This document shows positions 38,091-48,616 of a DNA stretch of 64,000 bases, one piece after another. This DNA is from Tubiluchus corallicola (lineage: Eukaryota; Animalia; Priapulida), in contig JAQGDQ010000431.1 in the NCBI GenBank assembly GCA_030141605.1, forward strand, positions 62,001 to 126,000, in the 5' to 3' direction. How positions within the stretch are numbered: the first letter of the stretch is position 1; every line of letters starts with the position of its first letter. The notes beneath the pieces are model-generated. The model was not told where the DNA came from, ran no database searches, and saw only the letters and a list, made by a program, of their open reading frames with translations. A program made the translations under genes and the position numbers.

Positions 38091-38156
38091 ATGAAAAGCA
38101 TCGTTCACCTCATTTCTGTAATGGCTTTTACTTTCGCTACTTTGACAGCGGGGCAG
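38091..38156 (+). CDS. Candidate nested gene, signal-peptide exon (MKSIVHLISVMAFTFATLTAGQ)
   Basis: Sits in an exon bounded by a strong acceptor (TTCTCTTGTTCCTTTTTTAG|, exon start 38039) and a strong donor (CAG|GTGAGG, phase 0). The translation has n/h/c signal-peptide organisation. Confidence 0.5.
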
Positions 38157-38577
38157 GTGAGGGCGTATCCACGTCCCTCTTCCAAAACAGACACCCTTCT
38201 TGGTTTTGCACACCAAAGCAGGTTGTCGTCCAAAAGAGGCAATCCGTTGTGTTTTCTATGCTCATTTAATCGTTTATAAAATTCAAAAGAGCTGCTGTCA
38301 CAGCTGTGTAGACGCGATGGACCGAAAAACAGACGATGTTATAGAAATGGTTACGCCACTGTTATGGCGGAGCTCAGTGGCCCATATTCGTTCATATAAC
38401 TGATAGCTTGTCCGCTTGGCCTGCATGGCCGACCTACAATAGCTTAGTCATCATCATGTCTGCTCATTTCACATTCGTTCACTTCGCTATCGTCGGGTAG
38501 TTGTGCTTTCTAACCGTTGTTCTTACTGCTGCTGTTGTTATTGTTGCCGTTGTTGTTGTTGTTGTTTTCTTCACATA

Positions 38578-39096
38578 ATTACTGCGGTTAGCGTTTATTT
38601 ATTTATAATCGCGCATAACGTTTTACCAATGTTTAGTATCAGTAGACGTTGCAAAATAAAATGCTATAATCGATGCTTAAATTTACTTAAAATACTGTGA
38701 CTGTTTACTGGTTATAATGTCTTGTTTTGCAGCGCCTGATGTTGTCAAATACTTGACGAAACACTCGGATTTTAAATGAATAAATCTTGAACATAAGTAT
38801 CTGTTTTTATTAATCTTTATTCTTCTAGTGCTTGATCTTTTATTATCATATATAATAGTCATTATTCATTAGTAATGACAGATACTTGTGTTCAAGATTT
38901 ATTTAATTAAAATCCGCGTATTTCGTGAAGTATTTGACAACATCAGACGTTGCAAAACAAGACATTATAACCAGTAAACAGTCACAGTATTTTAAGTTTA
39001 TTTAAGCATTGATTATAGCATTTTATTTTGCAACGTCTAATGATACTAAACGTTGGTAAAACGTTATGCTCCATTATAAATAAATAAAGGCAGTAA
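38578..39096. repeat. About 520-bp palindrome with four degenerate hammerhead-like cores (Penelope-like remnant)
   Basis: Arms 38578-38812 and 38872-39096 are reverse complements. They contain CTGATGTT-GTCAA-atac-TTGAC-GAAAC and CTAATGAT-ACTAA-acg-TTGGT-AAAACGTT, each followed by AATAAA. Confidence 0.75.
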
Positions 39097-39313
39097 TCAA
39101 CAGGATTATTGTGTTGGCGATCAAATCTTCACTCTTGATATTTCTGTGCCGTAAAAATGATGAGTTTAGTTTTCTGAACGTTCTGCAGTTCATTAGCAGT
39201 TTATTTTCATCTCGTAATGCATTTAAATCAAGTGTGAATTACGTTCATTAACCGCCTTAGTTTATAGAATGTGATGAAAATTTCTGTTTGAAGCCCCGAG
39301 GGAGTCAAAGGAC

Positions 39314-39930
39314 TTAAGGGAAGACAGGATGATTTTTCATATACTACCCCATTTTCAAGTGCGATAAAAAGTATACATTTTAACACAATTAATACTGCAA
39401 AAGCGGTTCTGATAATTAAGTAATAGATTGAAATCTTAATCAACGGCAGGCGAGCCCAACTATTGATGACATCACAAACTAACATAATTTTCAACAGCAA
39501 AAATGTTCCACGAGGGTGTTGCACGTGTTTGCGAAAGCGCAGATGAAGTACAGTGCTACTGTAAGATATTCAGCGTGTTGTACTAAAACTAGGCAAGTTT
39601 TAAGATAAAAATTCAAATTTCAAATTTACCGCTGTGCTCACACATGAGCTGTCGAACGTGTGCAGTTAGTCAAAAACTAACACATCTGAACTGAGAGGTA
39701 CAGCACCTGTTTTTGCGTAATGTCTTTCCGAGATGCAGGCGCTAGTGCCCGTCTAACTGGCGAATGGCGAAATGCACGTAACTGCAAAGAACTAGTGGCG
39801 TGCAATTGTGTTTGTGTGGTCATAATTCTTTCACGTACGTCATTTTTGAAGAAGTAGTGTTTCCTTTCAATATTTTAAAGAGTAGATTGTTTTGACCTGC
39901 AGTTTAAGATTGGGCTCGGTTTTGCTTTAA
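39314..39930. mobile_element. Kolobok-like MITE family B, full-length reference copy
   Basis: TTAA at both ends. At least 8 related copies or fragments occur in this window, in both orientations. Confidence 0.75.
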
Positions 39931-39997
39931 GGGAAGTCACGTGACGCATGCTATTTGTGTGAGGAAAACAACAATTTTACTGCTGTGCCTTTTGTAG

Positions 39998-40195
39998 TGG
40001 TTTCCGTCGAGTTGTCGTCGTGTTGCACCTCGGTGTAAGCGCATATATGTGAGCACAAGAGATGTGGTGCATTGGAGCGGTGCACCTATAGGCAAGGCGT
40101 CGATCTGGAAGGTTTGTTTATCCCGAGGCCAGAGGTTGTCCAGGTTGGTGGAAGGCCAGAGGGCTGGCAGGAGGTGCTGTGGCCGGATGCCATGA
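39998..40195 (+). CDS. Candidate nested gene, exon encoding the mature Arg/Cys-rich peptide
   Basis: Acceptor GCCTTTTGTAG|TGG. The phase-0 frame is open for 65 codons (WFPSSCRRVAPRCKRIYVSTRDVVHWSGAPIGKASIWKVCLSRGQRLSRLVEGQRAGRRCCGRMP*), while the other two frames stop within 20 codons. The exon is a GC-rich island. Confidence 0.45.
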   Translation, partial: WFPSSCRRVAPRCKRIYVSTRDVVHWSGAPIGKASIWKVCLSRGQRLSRLVEGQRAGRRCCGRMP

Positions 40196-40672
40196 CGATC
40201 TGGGAATGGCTGGATTATAATGAGGCCATTGTGGCGTCTGGATATCGCAGCCCTGTTCGGAACGACGGTTCGCCCAGTAGCTTTCGTAATGTTTCTCGAC
40301 AGAGCAACACTAGTGGAAGCAGCGGTACGAATTTTAGCTTTTCGTAATTTGATGGTAATCTATGTGGACGGAGCTTTACTGTCTATATGCCTTACATGTT
40401 ACAACAGTTTTTTAAACTTTTGATCCATTGGGAACATTTAACTTTAAAGCACTGAAGGCGCGGAACAAATTTTTAGCATTTATAAAGGTATATAATGGTA
40501 AAAATGGCACAGGGAAAAAATGACAAGGTGAAAATGGTGCATGAAAAAATGCCACAAATTAAAATTATTTCTCTGTTCAATACTAACTCAGTTGTCACAA
40601 GAAAATAGGCATATGTCTTTTATGCTTATAAATTATGTTAATTATTTAATTATAATTATTCTTTTGTTTAAA

Positions 40673-41283
40673 TTAAAGAAAAACAGGATGATTTTTCCTA
40701 TCCTACACCATTTTGAAGTATAGCAAAATGTATACATTTTAACATCTATAATATTTCTGATAATTAAACAAAATGTTAGAAACTCAATTATTGACAGGCG
40801 AGCCTAGCTAGTGATGACATCACAAATGTACATCATTTTCAACAGCTCAAACGTTCCATGAGCGTGTTGCAGATGTTTGCCAAACGAAAATTGAGAAGTA
40901 CTGTACTACTGTACAATATTCAGCGTGATATAAAAAAATTCGGCAAATTTTCAGCTTAAAATTTAAATTTCAAGTTTACCCCTGTACTCATGCTTGAGCT
41001 TTGCAACGTGTGCCTATGTCACAGCTGAACACCAGTGAACTGAGTGTTCTTTTTGTGAACTTTCTGTGCATTGTGTCTCCGAGATGCAGGCGTTGGTGCC
41101 CATCTAACTAACGAATGTCAAAATGCTTATAACAGTGCAGAACTAGCCGCGCGAATGTGAAATTAGGTTTTTATAGTAATAATTCTTTCACGTAAGTCAT
41201 TCTTGAAAAAACAGTATGTTCCCTTTCGGTAATTTACAGGTTATAGTGTTTTGAGCTATATATTAAGACGGTGTCGGGTTTTC
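40673..41283. mobile_element. Kolobok-like MITE family B copy
   Basis: Starts TTAAAGAAAAACAGGATGATTTTTC and is colinear with 39314-39930. Confidence 0.7.
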
Positions 41284-41609
41284 TGGACCAGCATTCATAT
41301 CTTCCTTTCTAACTGTATCTCGTCTCGACTATGAGTGTCCACAGACCACGAGTTTTGTTTTGATGGACTGTAGGGAAAAATGTAAGGTTGTTGTATTAGA
41401 TTTCGGGAAGTATTATCGCTTTTTGTCATTCTCGGTACTAATTAAACCAAAACACATTGTTGGTGGTGTAAGTGAGTTTCCAGTGTTTTATATGTTTCAA
41501 AAACTTTAGTTTAGTTATCAAAGGCTATGGATTTTCGAGAATTTACCAAGGCCTGAATATGTGCGTTTGTCTGCATGTATCAATGCAAGATCATGCATGA
41601 AATTTTGCT

Positions 41610-43108
41610 ATACAAGTTTACCATGCTGTTACATCTGAACATGTTTCACCCTCAACCAATACTTTCTGAGGGTACACAAGTTTACCATCCTCTTACATCT
41701 GAACATGTTTCACCCTCAACCAATACTTCATGAGGGTGCACAAGTTTACCATCCTCTTACATCTGAACATGTTTCACCCTCAACCAATACTTCCAAAGGG
41801 TACACAAGTTTACCATCCTCTTACGTTTGAACATGTTTCATCCTCAACCAATACTTTCTGAGGGTACACAAGTTTACCATCCTCTTACATCTAAACATGT
41901 TTCACCCTCAACCAATACTTTCTGAGGGTACACAAGTTTACCATCCTCTTACATCTGAACATGTTTCACCCTCAACCAATACTTCCAAAGGGTACACAAG
42001 TTTACCATCCTCTTACATCTGAACATGTTTCACCCTCAACCGATACTTTCTGAGGGTACACAAGTTTACCATCCTCTTACATCTGAACATGTTTCACCCT
42101 CAACCAATACTTTCTGAGGGTACACAAGTTTACCATCCTCTTACATCTGAACATGTTTCACCCTCAACTGATACTTCCTGAGGGTACACAAGTTTACCAT
42201 CCTCTTACATCTGAACATGTTTCACCATCAACCTATACTCCCTGAGGGTACACAAGTTTACCATCCTCTTACATCTGAACATGTTTCACCCTCAACCGAT
42301 ACTTCCAAAGGGTACACAAGTTTACCATCCTCTTACATCTGAACATGTTTCACCCTCAACCGATACTTTCTGAGGGTACACAAGTTTACCATCCTCTTAC
42401 ATCTGAACATGTTTCACCCTCAACCGATACTTTCTGAGGGTACACAAGTTTACCATCCTCTTACCTCTGACCATGTTTCACCCTCAACCGATACTTCTTG
42501 GGGCTACACAAGTTTACCATCCTCTTACATCTGAACATGTTTCACCCTCAACCTATACTTCCTGAGGGTACACAAGTTTACCATCCTCTTACGTTTGAAC
42601 ATGTTTCACCCTCAACCTATACTTCTTGAGGGTACACAAGTTTACCATCCTCTTACATCTGAACATGTTTCACTTTCAACCGATACTTCATGAGGGTACA
42701 CAAGTTTACCATCCTCTTACATCTGACCATGTTTCACCCTCAACCTATACTTCCAAAGGGTACACAAGTTTACCATCCTCTTACGTTTGAACATGTTTCA
42801 CCCTCAACCTATACTTCCTGAGGGTACACAAGTTTACCATCCTCTTACATCTGAACATGTTTCACCCTCAACCTATACTTCCTGAGGGTACACAAGTTTA
42901 CCATCCTCTTACATCTGAACATGTTTCACCCTCAACTGATACTTCCTGAGGGTACACAAGTTTCACATCCTCCTATATCTGACCATGTTTCACCCTCAAC
43001 CGATACTTCCAAAGGGTACACAAGTTTACCATCCTCATACATCTGAACTTGTTTCACCCTTAACCGATACTTCCAAAGGGTACACAAGTTTACCATCCTT
43101 TAACATCT
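41610..43108. repeat. 64-bp minisatellite, about 23 copies
   Basis: Unit GGGTACACAAGTTTACCATCCTCTTACATCTGAACATGTTTCACCCTCAACCRATACTTYCTGA; units start at 41670, 41734, 41798 and onward. Confidence 0.97.
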
Positions 43109-44284
43109 TTTAATGTTTTCCTTCTTTGGCCTTTACTTTCTGAGGGTTTAATCTAAATTTTGTGAACCTGTTGCAGCTGGCTAGAACTAGGGAAGTTTCC
43201 CCTGGACAGCGGCTGATTAACAACACGGCGGTTGTTGAATGTTTACATCATGTAATACGGTCTGGCACAAGAAGCGAATCGTCGAGCAAGTAGCACCCTT
43301 GATCTGTCATTCAGCACTCTATTTCGTCAAAAATATGGCTTCAAATACAATCAAGGTCACACCTAGCAGACATGCCTTTCATCTGTAAGCATACGCTTCT
43401 GATAATTTCTTCTACTGGACGCTGATGACAGATTGAGGTGGCTTCCCCTTTGACTTAGAGCAGCCTTGCCCTTCTGTAAACATACAGTCATTGGAAGGGA
43501 ACTGCTATAAATATATACAACTCTTAACTGACTTCATATACAAACATTTAGTGTGTCTGTGTTTGGAAAGTGTGTTCTTTTTTATCAGCTTCTGTGTTAC
43601 ATACAAGTGGGTGTTTGGGCTGATGGTGCTGCTTGGTTTTCACTAATCTATCACTAATGTCGATATTAGATTTCAATAAAATAAACAGTTCTTGTTTAAT
43701 GGCAAAATCCTTTCTGTTACGGTCTTTCTTTTTTTTCTTGTAAACTTGATTGATTCCACAAGCGTTCTTTACTCCAAGGCTGGGATTTTGACAAAACTCT
43801 CGGATAAAATCACTGTTATTTACGAGAGTACATTCCACTAATTTACAGCATGTTAACAGTGGCTTAGTGATGACTTACTGATTAACTTAACAAAGTCGTT
43901 ACTGTTTAAGTACCAACGTAAGGTTTAAACATGCTTTTACTCCCAAAATCTTGAGGCCCGATGAGATTGTACCCAGGGCTGGATTACCCTATAGGCTAAT
44001 ATAGGCTACAGCCTAGGGCCCCTCAAGCTTGGAGCGCGCATACTTTGCTTTGTTGCCTTTAAAAAAGGATTTGACATCCCATTTTAAAGTGGCCTCTAAT
44101 TTGAGATAAGTGATATCTGAATCGTGGAAAACGAATTTTTAATATAAAATGATTCCCAGCAGCCGCTTAAGCAAACACGACTTCTATTCAGATACAAACA
44201 TTTGCAACGTTTTGACCCACCGTATGTCATGATCACGCTTTATTGATTTATTTTTTATAAATGATCTCTAATTGAAGCCCTTTG

Positions 44285-44698
44285 TCAGTCGCACATTGTC
44301 ATTGACACATTGTTGCTCACACATTGTCACTCATGCATTGTCACGCACATTTATCACTGACACACTGTCGCTCACACATTGTCACTCATACATTTGTTGC
44401 TCACGCATTGTCACTCATGCATTGTCACGCACATTTATAACTGACTCACTGTCGCTCACACATTGTCACTCATACATTTGTTACTCACGCATTGTCACTC
44501 ATGCATTGTCACACACATTTATCACTGACTCATTGTCACTCGTGCATTTTTTGCTCACGCATTGTCATGCACATCACTAACACACTGTCGCTCACACATT
44601 GTCACTCATACATTATCATTCACACACTTGTCACTCGTGCATTTGTTACTCACACATTTTCACTCACAATCACACTGTTTAAAGTGTGACACTCACTC
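44285..44698 (+). promoter_or_regulatory. YCAY-dense intronic element upstream of Nova exon 2 (candidate Nova-binding splicing silencer)
   Basis: Hand count of about 38 TCAC/TCAT motifs in about 415 nt. No AG dinucleotide occurs between 44289 and 44682. A branch-point-like CACTAAC sits at about 44575. The tract ends about 55 nt before the acceptor. Confidence 0.6.
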
Positions 44699-44753
44699 AA
44701 GTAAAACAAGTGGGAAAATGGCGATTACGTGACTACGTGTAATTTATTTCCAG

Positions 44754-44903
44754 GGTATGAAGGGGCCAACTATCACTTCAAGATTCTTGTGCCCAGCGTG
44801 GCTAGTGGCGCCATCATTGGGAAAGGAGGAGAGACGATAGCACAGTTACAAAAAGATTCTGGCACAAAAATAAAAATGTCAAAAGCAAGTGATTTCTATC
44901 CAG
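44754..44903 (+). CDS. NOVA: Nova coding exon 2 (N-terminal part of KH1)
   Basis: TTTCCAG| then GYEGANYHFKILVPSVASGAIIGKGGETIAQLQKDSGTKIKMSKASDFYPG, then |GTAAGT. 150 nt, phase 1-1, with the Nova-diagnostic SK..DFYPG motif. Confidence 0.95.
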
Positions 44904-44991
44904 GTAAGTGAACCTGCTGTGTTTGAGTGCTATTAATAATCTACAATAACACAAAACTTTAGAATCAAACTGGTGTTTAGGCTGTGTTCAG

Positions 44992-46185
44992 TTAAAGGAC
45001 AAGAAAAGGGGTACCTGAAGTAGGTTTCAGAAAAATCGTTTTAAAAAATTATACTATTTTACAGCAATTTTATGCATATATCGTACTCGCATTGAAAGGA
45101 ACTTTTGTTCGCTTTCATTTTAAATCTCTCGCAATATTGTTCCGACCGCGCAATTACCGTATTTTCCCATGTATAAGAGACCCTTTTTTGCTCAGAATTT
45201 TCACTTTAAAAATAGGGGGTCTCTTATACATTTGAGTAAGTCTTTTCAATAAGATGCATAAATTGTGACACTAATTGTGCAGCTGGGTCCTCAAGGCATG
45301 GAATGGTGTAAAGCCAGAGGTCATTATTAAATCTTTCAAGAAGTGTGGCATCTCCAATGCCATGGACGGCACAGAGGACAATGCCATTTTTGAGCAGAGT
45401 GACTCCTCTGATGATGAACTGGCTGGAATTGCTGAAGGTCTGACTCCAGTTGATATTTTTGATGAGAGTGATGAGGAATTTAATGATTTCTATGATGAAT
45501 AAAGTTATTCATTACCAAAAAACTTTTTTCCAGAATTTTTGCCTAAAATTGAAGGGGTCTCTTATACATGGGAAAATACGGTAGATGACGTCAATTATGC
45601 AAACGTACATCAAACGAGAAGAAAAGTAAATATTAAATTATGTCCCAAAAAACTTTCCATGCAAATCTATCTTACTTAGCGCTTCGCTTATCTGCTGGAA
45701 AGACTTACGTAACTAGAAATAATAATTTAAAATTTTCGTGCCAATTGGTAAAATGTCCCTGACTCACCCTGCAGGGTGCACCACTCACTAACCAAAAACG
45801 TATTTTTAATCTTATTGACAAGATACAGTAACTCAAAAGTTAACTCAGTTAGTAACATGTGTGCTACAAATGCGCCGATTTTTTTTTCAAACTTGACGCA
45901 ATGACATCTAAACTTGTTTCAAATGACGTCTTTAAAATGGCTGCGTCTAATGGTCATCACGGGAGTTTAAATTTACAAGTTTTATACAGCGTTACTGCCG
46001 ACGCAAGCCCTGTATGCAAAAAGGCAATATGTAAGTCAGTCATCGCAGGAGTTTAAATTTACAAGTTTTATACAGCGTTACTGCCTACGCAAGCCCTGTA
46101 TGCAAAAAGGCAATATATAAGTGGTATAAAATTTCAAGAGGATTTTTTTAAGCTTGATGTAAGTGGAGGGTTTTTTGTGCTTTAA
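44992..46185. mobile_element. Kolobok-like MITE family C copy interrupted by a pogo element
   Basis: Same termini as 35489-36150; small internal tandem duplication at about 45960-46120. Confidence 0.75.
45157..45581 (+). mobile_element. Deletion derivative of a pogo/Tigger DNA transposon
   Basis: Perfect TIR CCGTATTTTCCCATGTATAAGAGACCC with TA on both sides. The internal ORF WVLKAWNGVKPEVIIKSFKKCGISNAMDGTED plus an acidic tail matches a pogo transposase C-terminus. Confidence 0.88.
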
Positions 46186-46197
46186 AATAAAATAAAA

Positions 46198-47220
46198 TAA
46201 AGGCTTATTTCAGTATTTGCAAAAGTGTTAAAAGTATTTAGTAATAAAAGTGTGATAAGTGCCTCTTGTAATTAGTAAAATCACTTTAAAGTCGTGATAA
46301 TTTCATATTTGGCCGCTCTCATTTTGAACGGCTATTTTTACACCAGTGACGTCGTCCGTCGACTGAAGAAAAGCAGAACACTGTCAGTTTCCGTCAAAAT
46401 ATAACATGTTTTTATGAAAAATTAGACAACTATAATTTTGTGATATGTTTGCATGAACATTAGGTAAGCTGCAAAAGTTTGAATTAGTTTAAGCAGCTCG
46501 CGCTCACGGCAAGCCATGATGACCTTACAAAGGTCATAAAGCAGTGGCGGCTCGTAGCTAAAATTGCTGGGGTGCTGCATCAGAAAATATTTAGCCATTG
46601 TTTTAATACTGCGTAAAACAAAACAAACATATGTAACTTTAATGTTGTAAATTTTGTAATTTTAAACAAACAAACATAGGAAGATTTATACGTAAACTTG
46701 ATAAAATTCTAAACAAAAAACATTGTTTGCTTACGATGGAATAGCCTAAATTGACACAGTTCAAGAATGTGCTGGTACACGGTTTTTAAGCACATGCCAG
46801 CTGACAACACACACTGTGTGAGCAGCAGCACTTTTTCTACCTGAAGTGCAATGTGTTATCTCATGGCCGCATGCACACAACAATCATGCACCTCTCACAG
46901 CTGTGAATGCACTGTGCTGGTCTGTGAAGCAAACAGTACTACCTTCACGTGCTCTGGACCGTACAAGTGTAAAGAAAGAACTAAAGAAAAAGACTTATTT
47001 TATTTGAAATTATCGATAATATTGAGTAAAAATAGGGGGTCCTACAGTACATGAGCTGCCACTGCCAAGAAGGCCACCACTGTGCCTAAAAATTTCTGTG
47101 CAGTGGAAGTATAAGTTAACGTTTTAGGTATTTTTTTGCAAATTTGTTATGTTTTTGTAAGTTTAATTGACAACAGCAAAAATAAACCCAACATGCTAAG
47201 TGACTTGTCCTTTCCTTTAA
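46198..47220. mobile_element. Kolobok-like family A copy interrupted by a hAT-like MITE
   Basis: Colinear with 22715-23194; ends GACTTGTCCTTTCCT-TTAA. Confidence 0.65.
46542..47064. mobile_element. hAT-like MITE (CAGTGGCGGC termini), second copy
   Basis: CAGTGGCGGCTCGT ... ATGAGCTGCCACTG; homologous to 10863-11369. Confidence 0.7.
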
Positions 47221-47222
47221 AG

Positions 47223-47543
47223 CAGTGGTTCCCAAACTTTCTCGGACCGTTACCCAAATCGGGAAACCCGGTCGTGTCCATTACCCCCCACCTAGTACTA
47301 CTTCTCCAACTCGAAAAGTAAACACACGTATATGCCACAAGCAAGCAAAATTATTTATGTTTGCTCGTGACATAAATAAATTTCCAGGTGTTGTTGTTGT
47401 ATTGTTGCCAAAAAATTACGTAAAATGCATTCCGAGCGAAGTTTTAAAAATTTTCAGAGGGGTGCCCGTTACCCCCCCCCCCCCCCAAAAAAAAAACCAT
47501 ATTACCCCGGGGGGGTAATTTACCCCTACTTTGGGAACCACTG
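47223..47543. mobile_element. hAT MITE with a perfect 8-bp TSD
   Basis: TIR CAGTGGTTCCCAAA ... TTTGGGAACCACTG; TSD CTTTAAAG at 47215-47222 and 47544-47551. Confidence 0.9.
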
Positions 47544-47652
47544 CTTTAAAGATTATGCTATAATCACTTTCTTTTAACTCCTTTAGTTATAATTAGTAAC
47601 CGGTGTCTTACTGAACTTATGAAGAAAGCTGAATAGTTTTTATGTCTTGTAG

Positions 47653-47807
47653 GTACAACAGAACGGATATGTCTTATAGTTGGTTCGGTAGAGTCCATCA
47701 TGCAGGTTCACTGTTTCATAATGGAGAAGATTCGAGAGAAGCCAGATCCGAATGCGAAGCCGGCTATGGATTACGATCACAAATTCGCTGCAGAAAGAGA
47801 TAAACAA
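47653..47807 (+). CDS. NOVA: Nova coding exon 3 (end of KH1 and the KH1-KH2 linker)
   Basis: CTTGTAG| then (G)TTERICLIVGSVESIMQVHCFIMEKIREKPDPNAKPAMDYDHKFAAERDKQ, then |GTACTG. Phase 1-0; continues DFYPG-TTER as in Nova proteins. Missing from the ORF track. Confidence 0.93.
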
Positions 47808-48616
47808 GTACTGCACATTTGGGTTCTACATTGTTTCAAACTGACCACTAGAGGGAGCTAGAGCCTTTGTCACATAGTTGAGGCATCTATTTGTAAATAC
47901 AATAATTTTGTATGATGCGCCACAATACAGAGCTGGGCAGTGCAGATATTAATTGCCATGACACCAGGGATGTTACTGAAATGAGATAATTGCACTTTCA
48001 GATAATTTTCGGTAGCATTTTTCCGAGGTTTCACTGGTATTTATCCAATTTACCTCTTCTTTTCTCCTAGATGTCAAAACCGCTGAAAAATCTTGGCTAA
48101 AATAGTTCAAACAAAGCGAAAATTTTGTTTACATTACAATTTGTGACACGCTTTTGCAGGCAATGTGGCGTATCTTCTTTGCTGACCACTGTGAAGTTTT
48201 ACGGTCTTCAGGCCCATTCATCCAAATCTCGAACCACGTTTGTATAGCAAACAAACAAAAAACAAAATGTTTTACTTATTTTGGAATTTTCTTTTTTCAG
48301 TATTAGTAGTAGTTGGTTTTGCAAAAAAAGTTTGTTCGGTTTCCTATGTTTCATAAATTTCGGTTTCAGTTTCAGTTTGTAAATTCAGTATCGGTAACAT
48401 CTCTGCACGATACCGCCAGTACCTAGTGCTATTGGAAAGCATTTGTGTTGGCCACTGTCACACTGAAAGTATTACAATCCTGTCTACAATGCTGCAAGCT
48501 CCTACCTTGTATAAACGGGTAGCTGTGAGAAGAGCAGTTAAAATGTGTTGCTGCTGAAAATCAAATGTTTTGATGCAGTTTGGCACGATTATTAACACAC
48601 AAACTTTCTGTTTTAA

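Noticed and set aside
40072-40347. 91-aa ORF (TTG start) as the product of the GC island
   Set aside because: There is an in-frame stop upstream at 40036, its first ATG is far downstream, and its frame is incompatible with the acceptor at 39997. It is kept only as a caveat to the peptide model.
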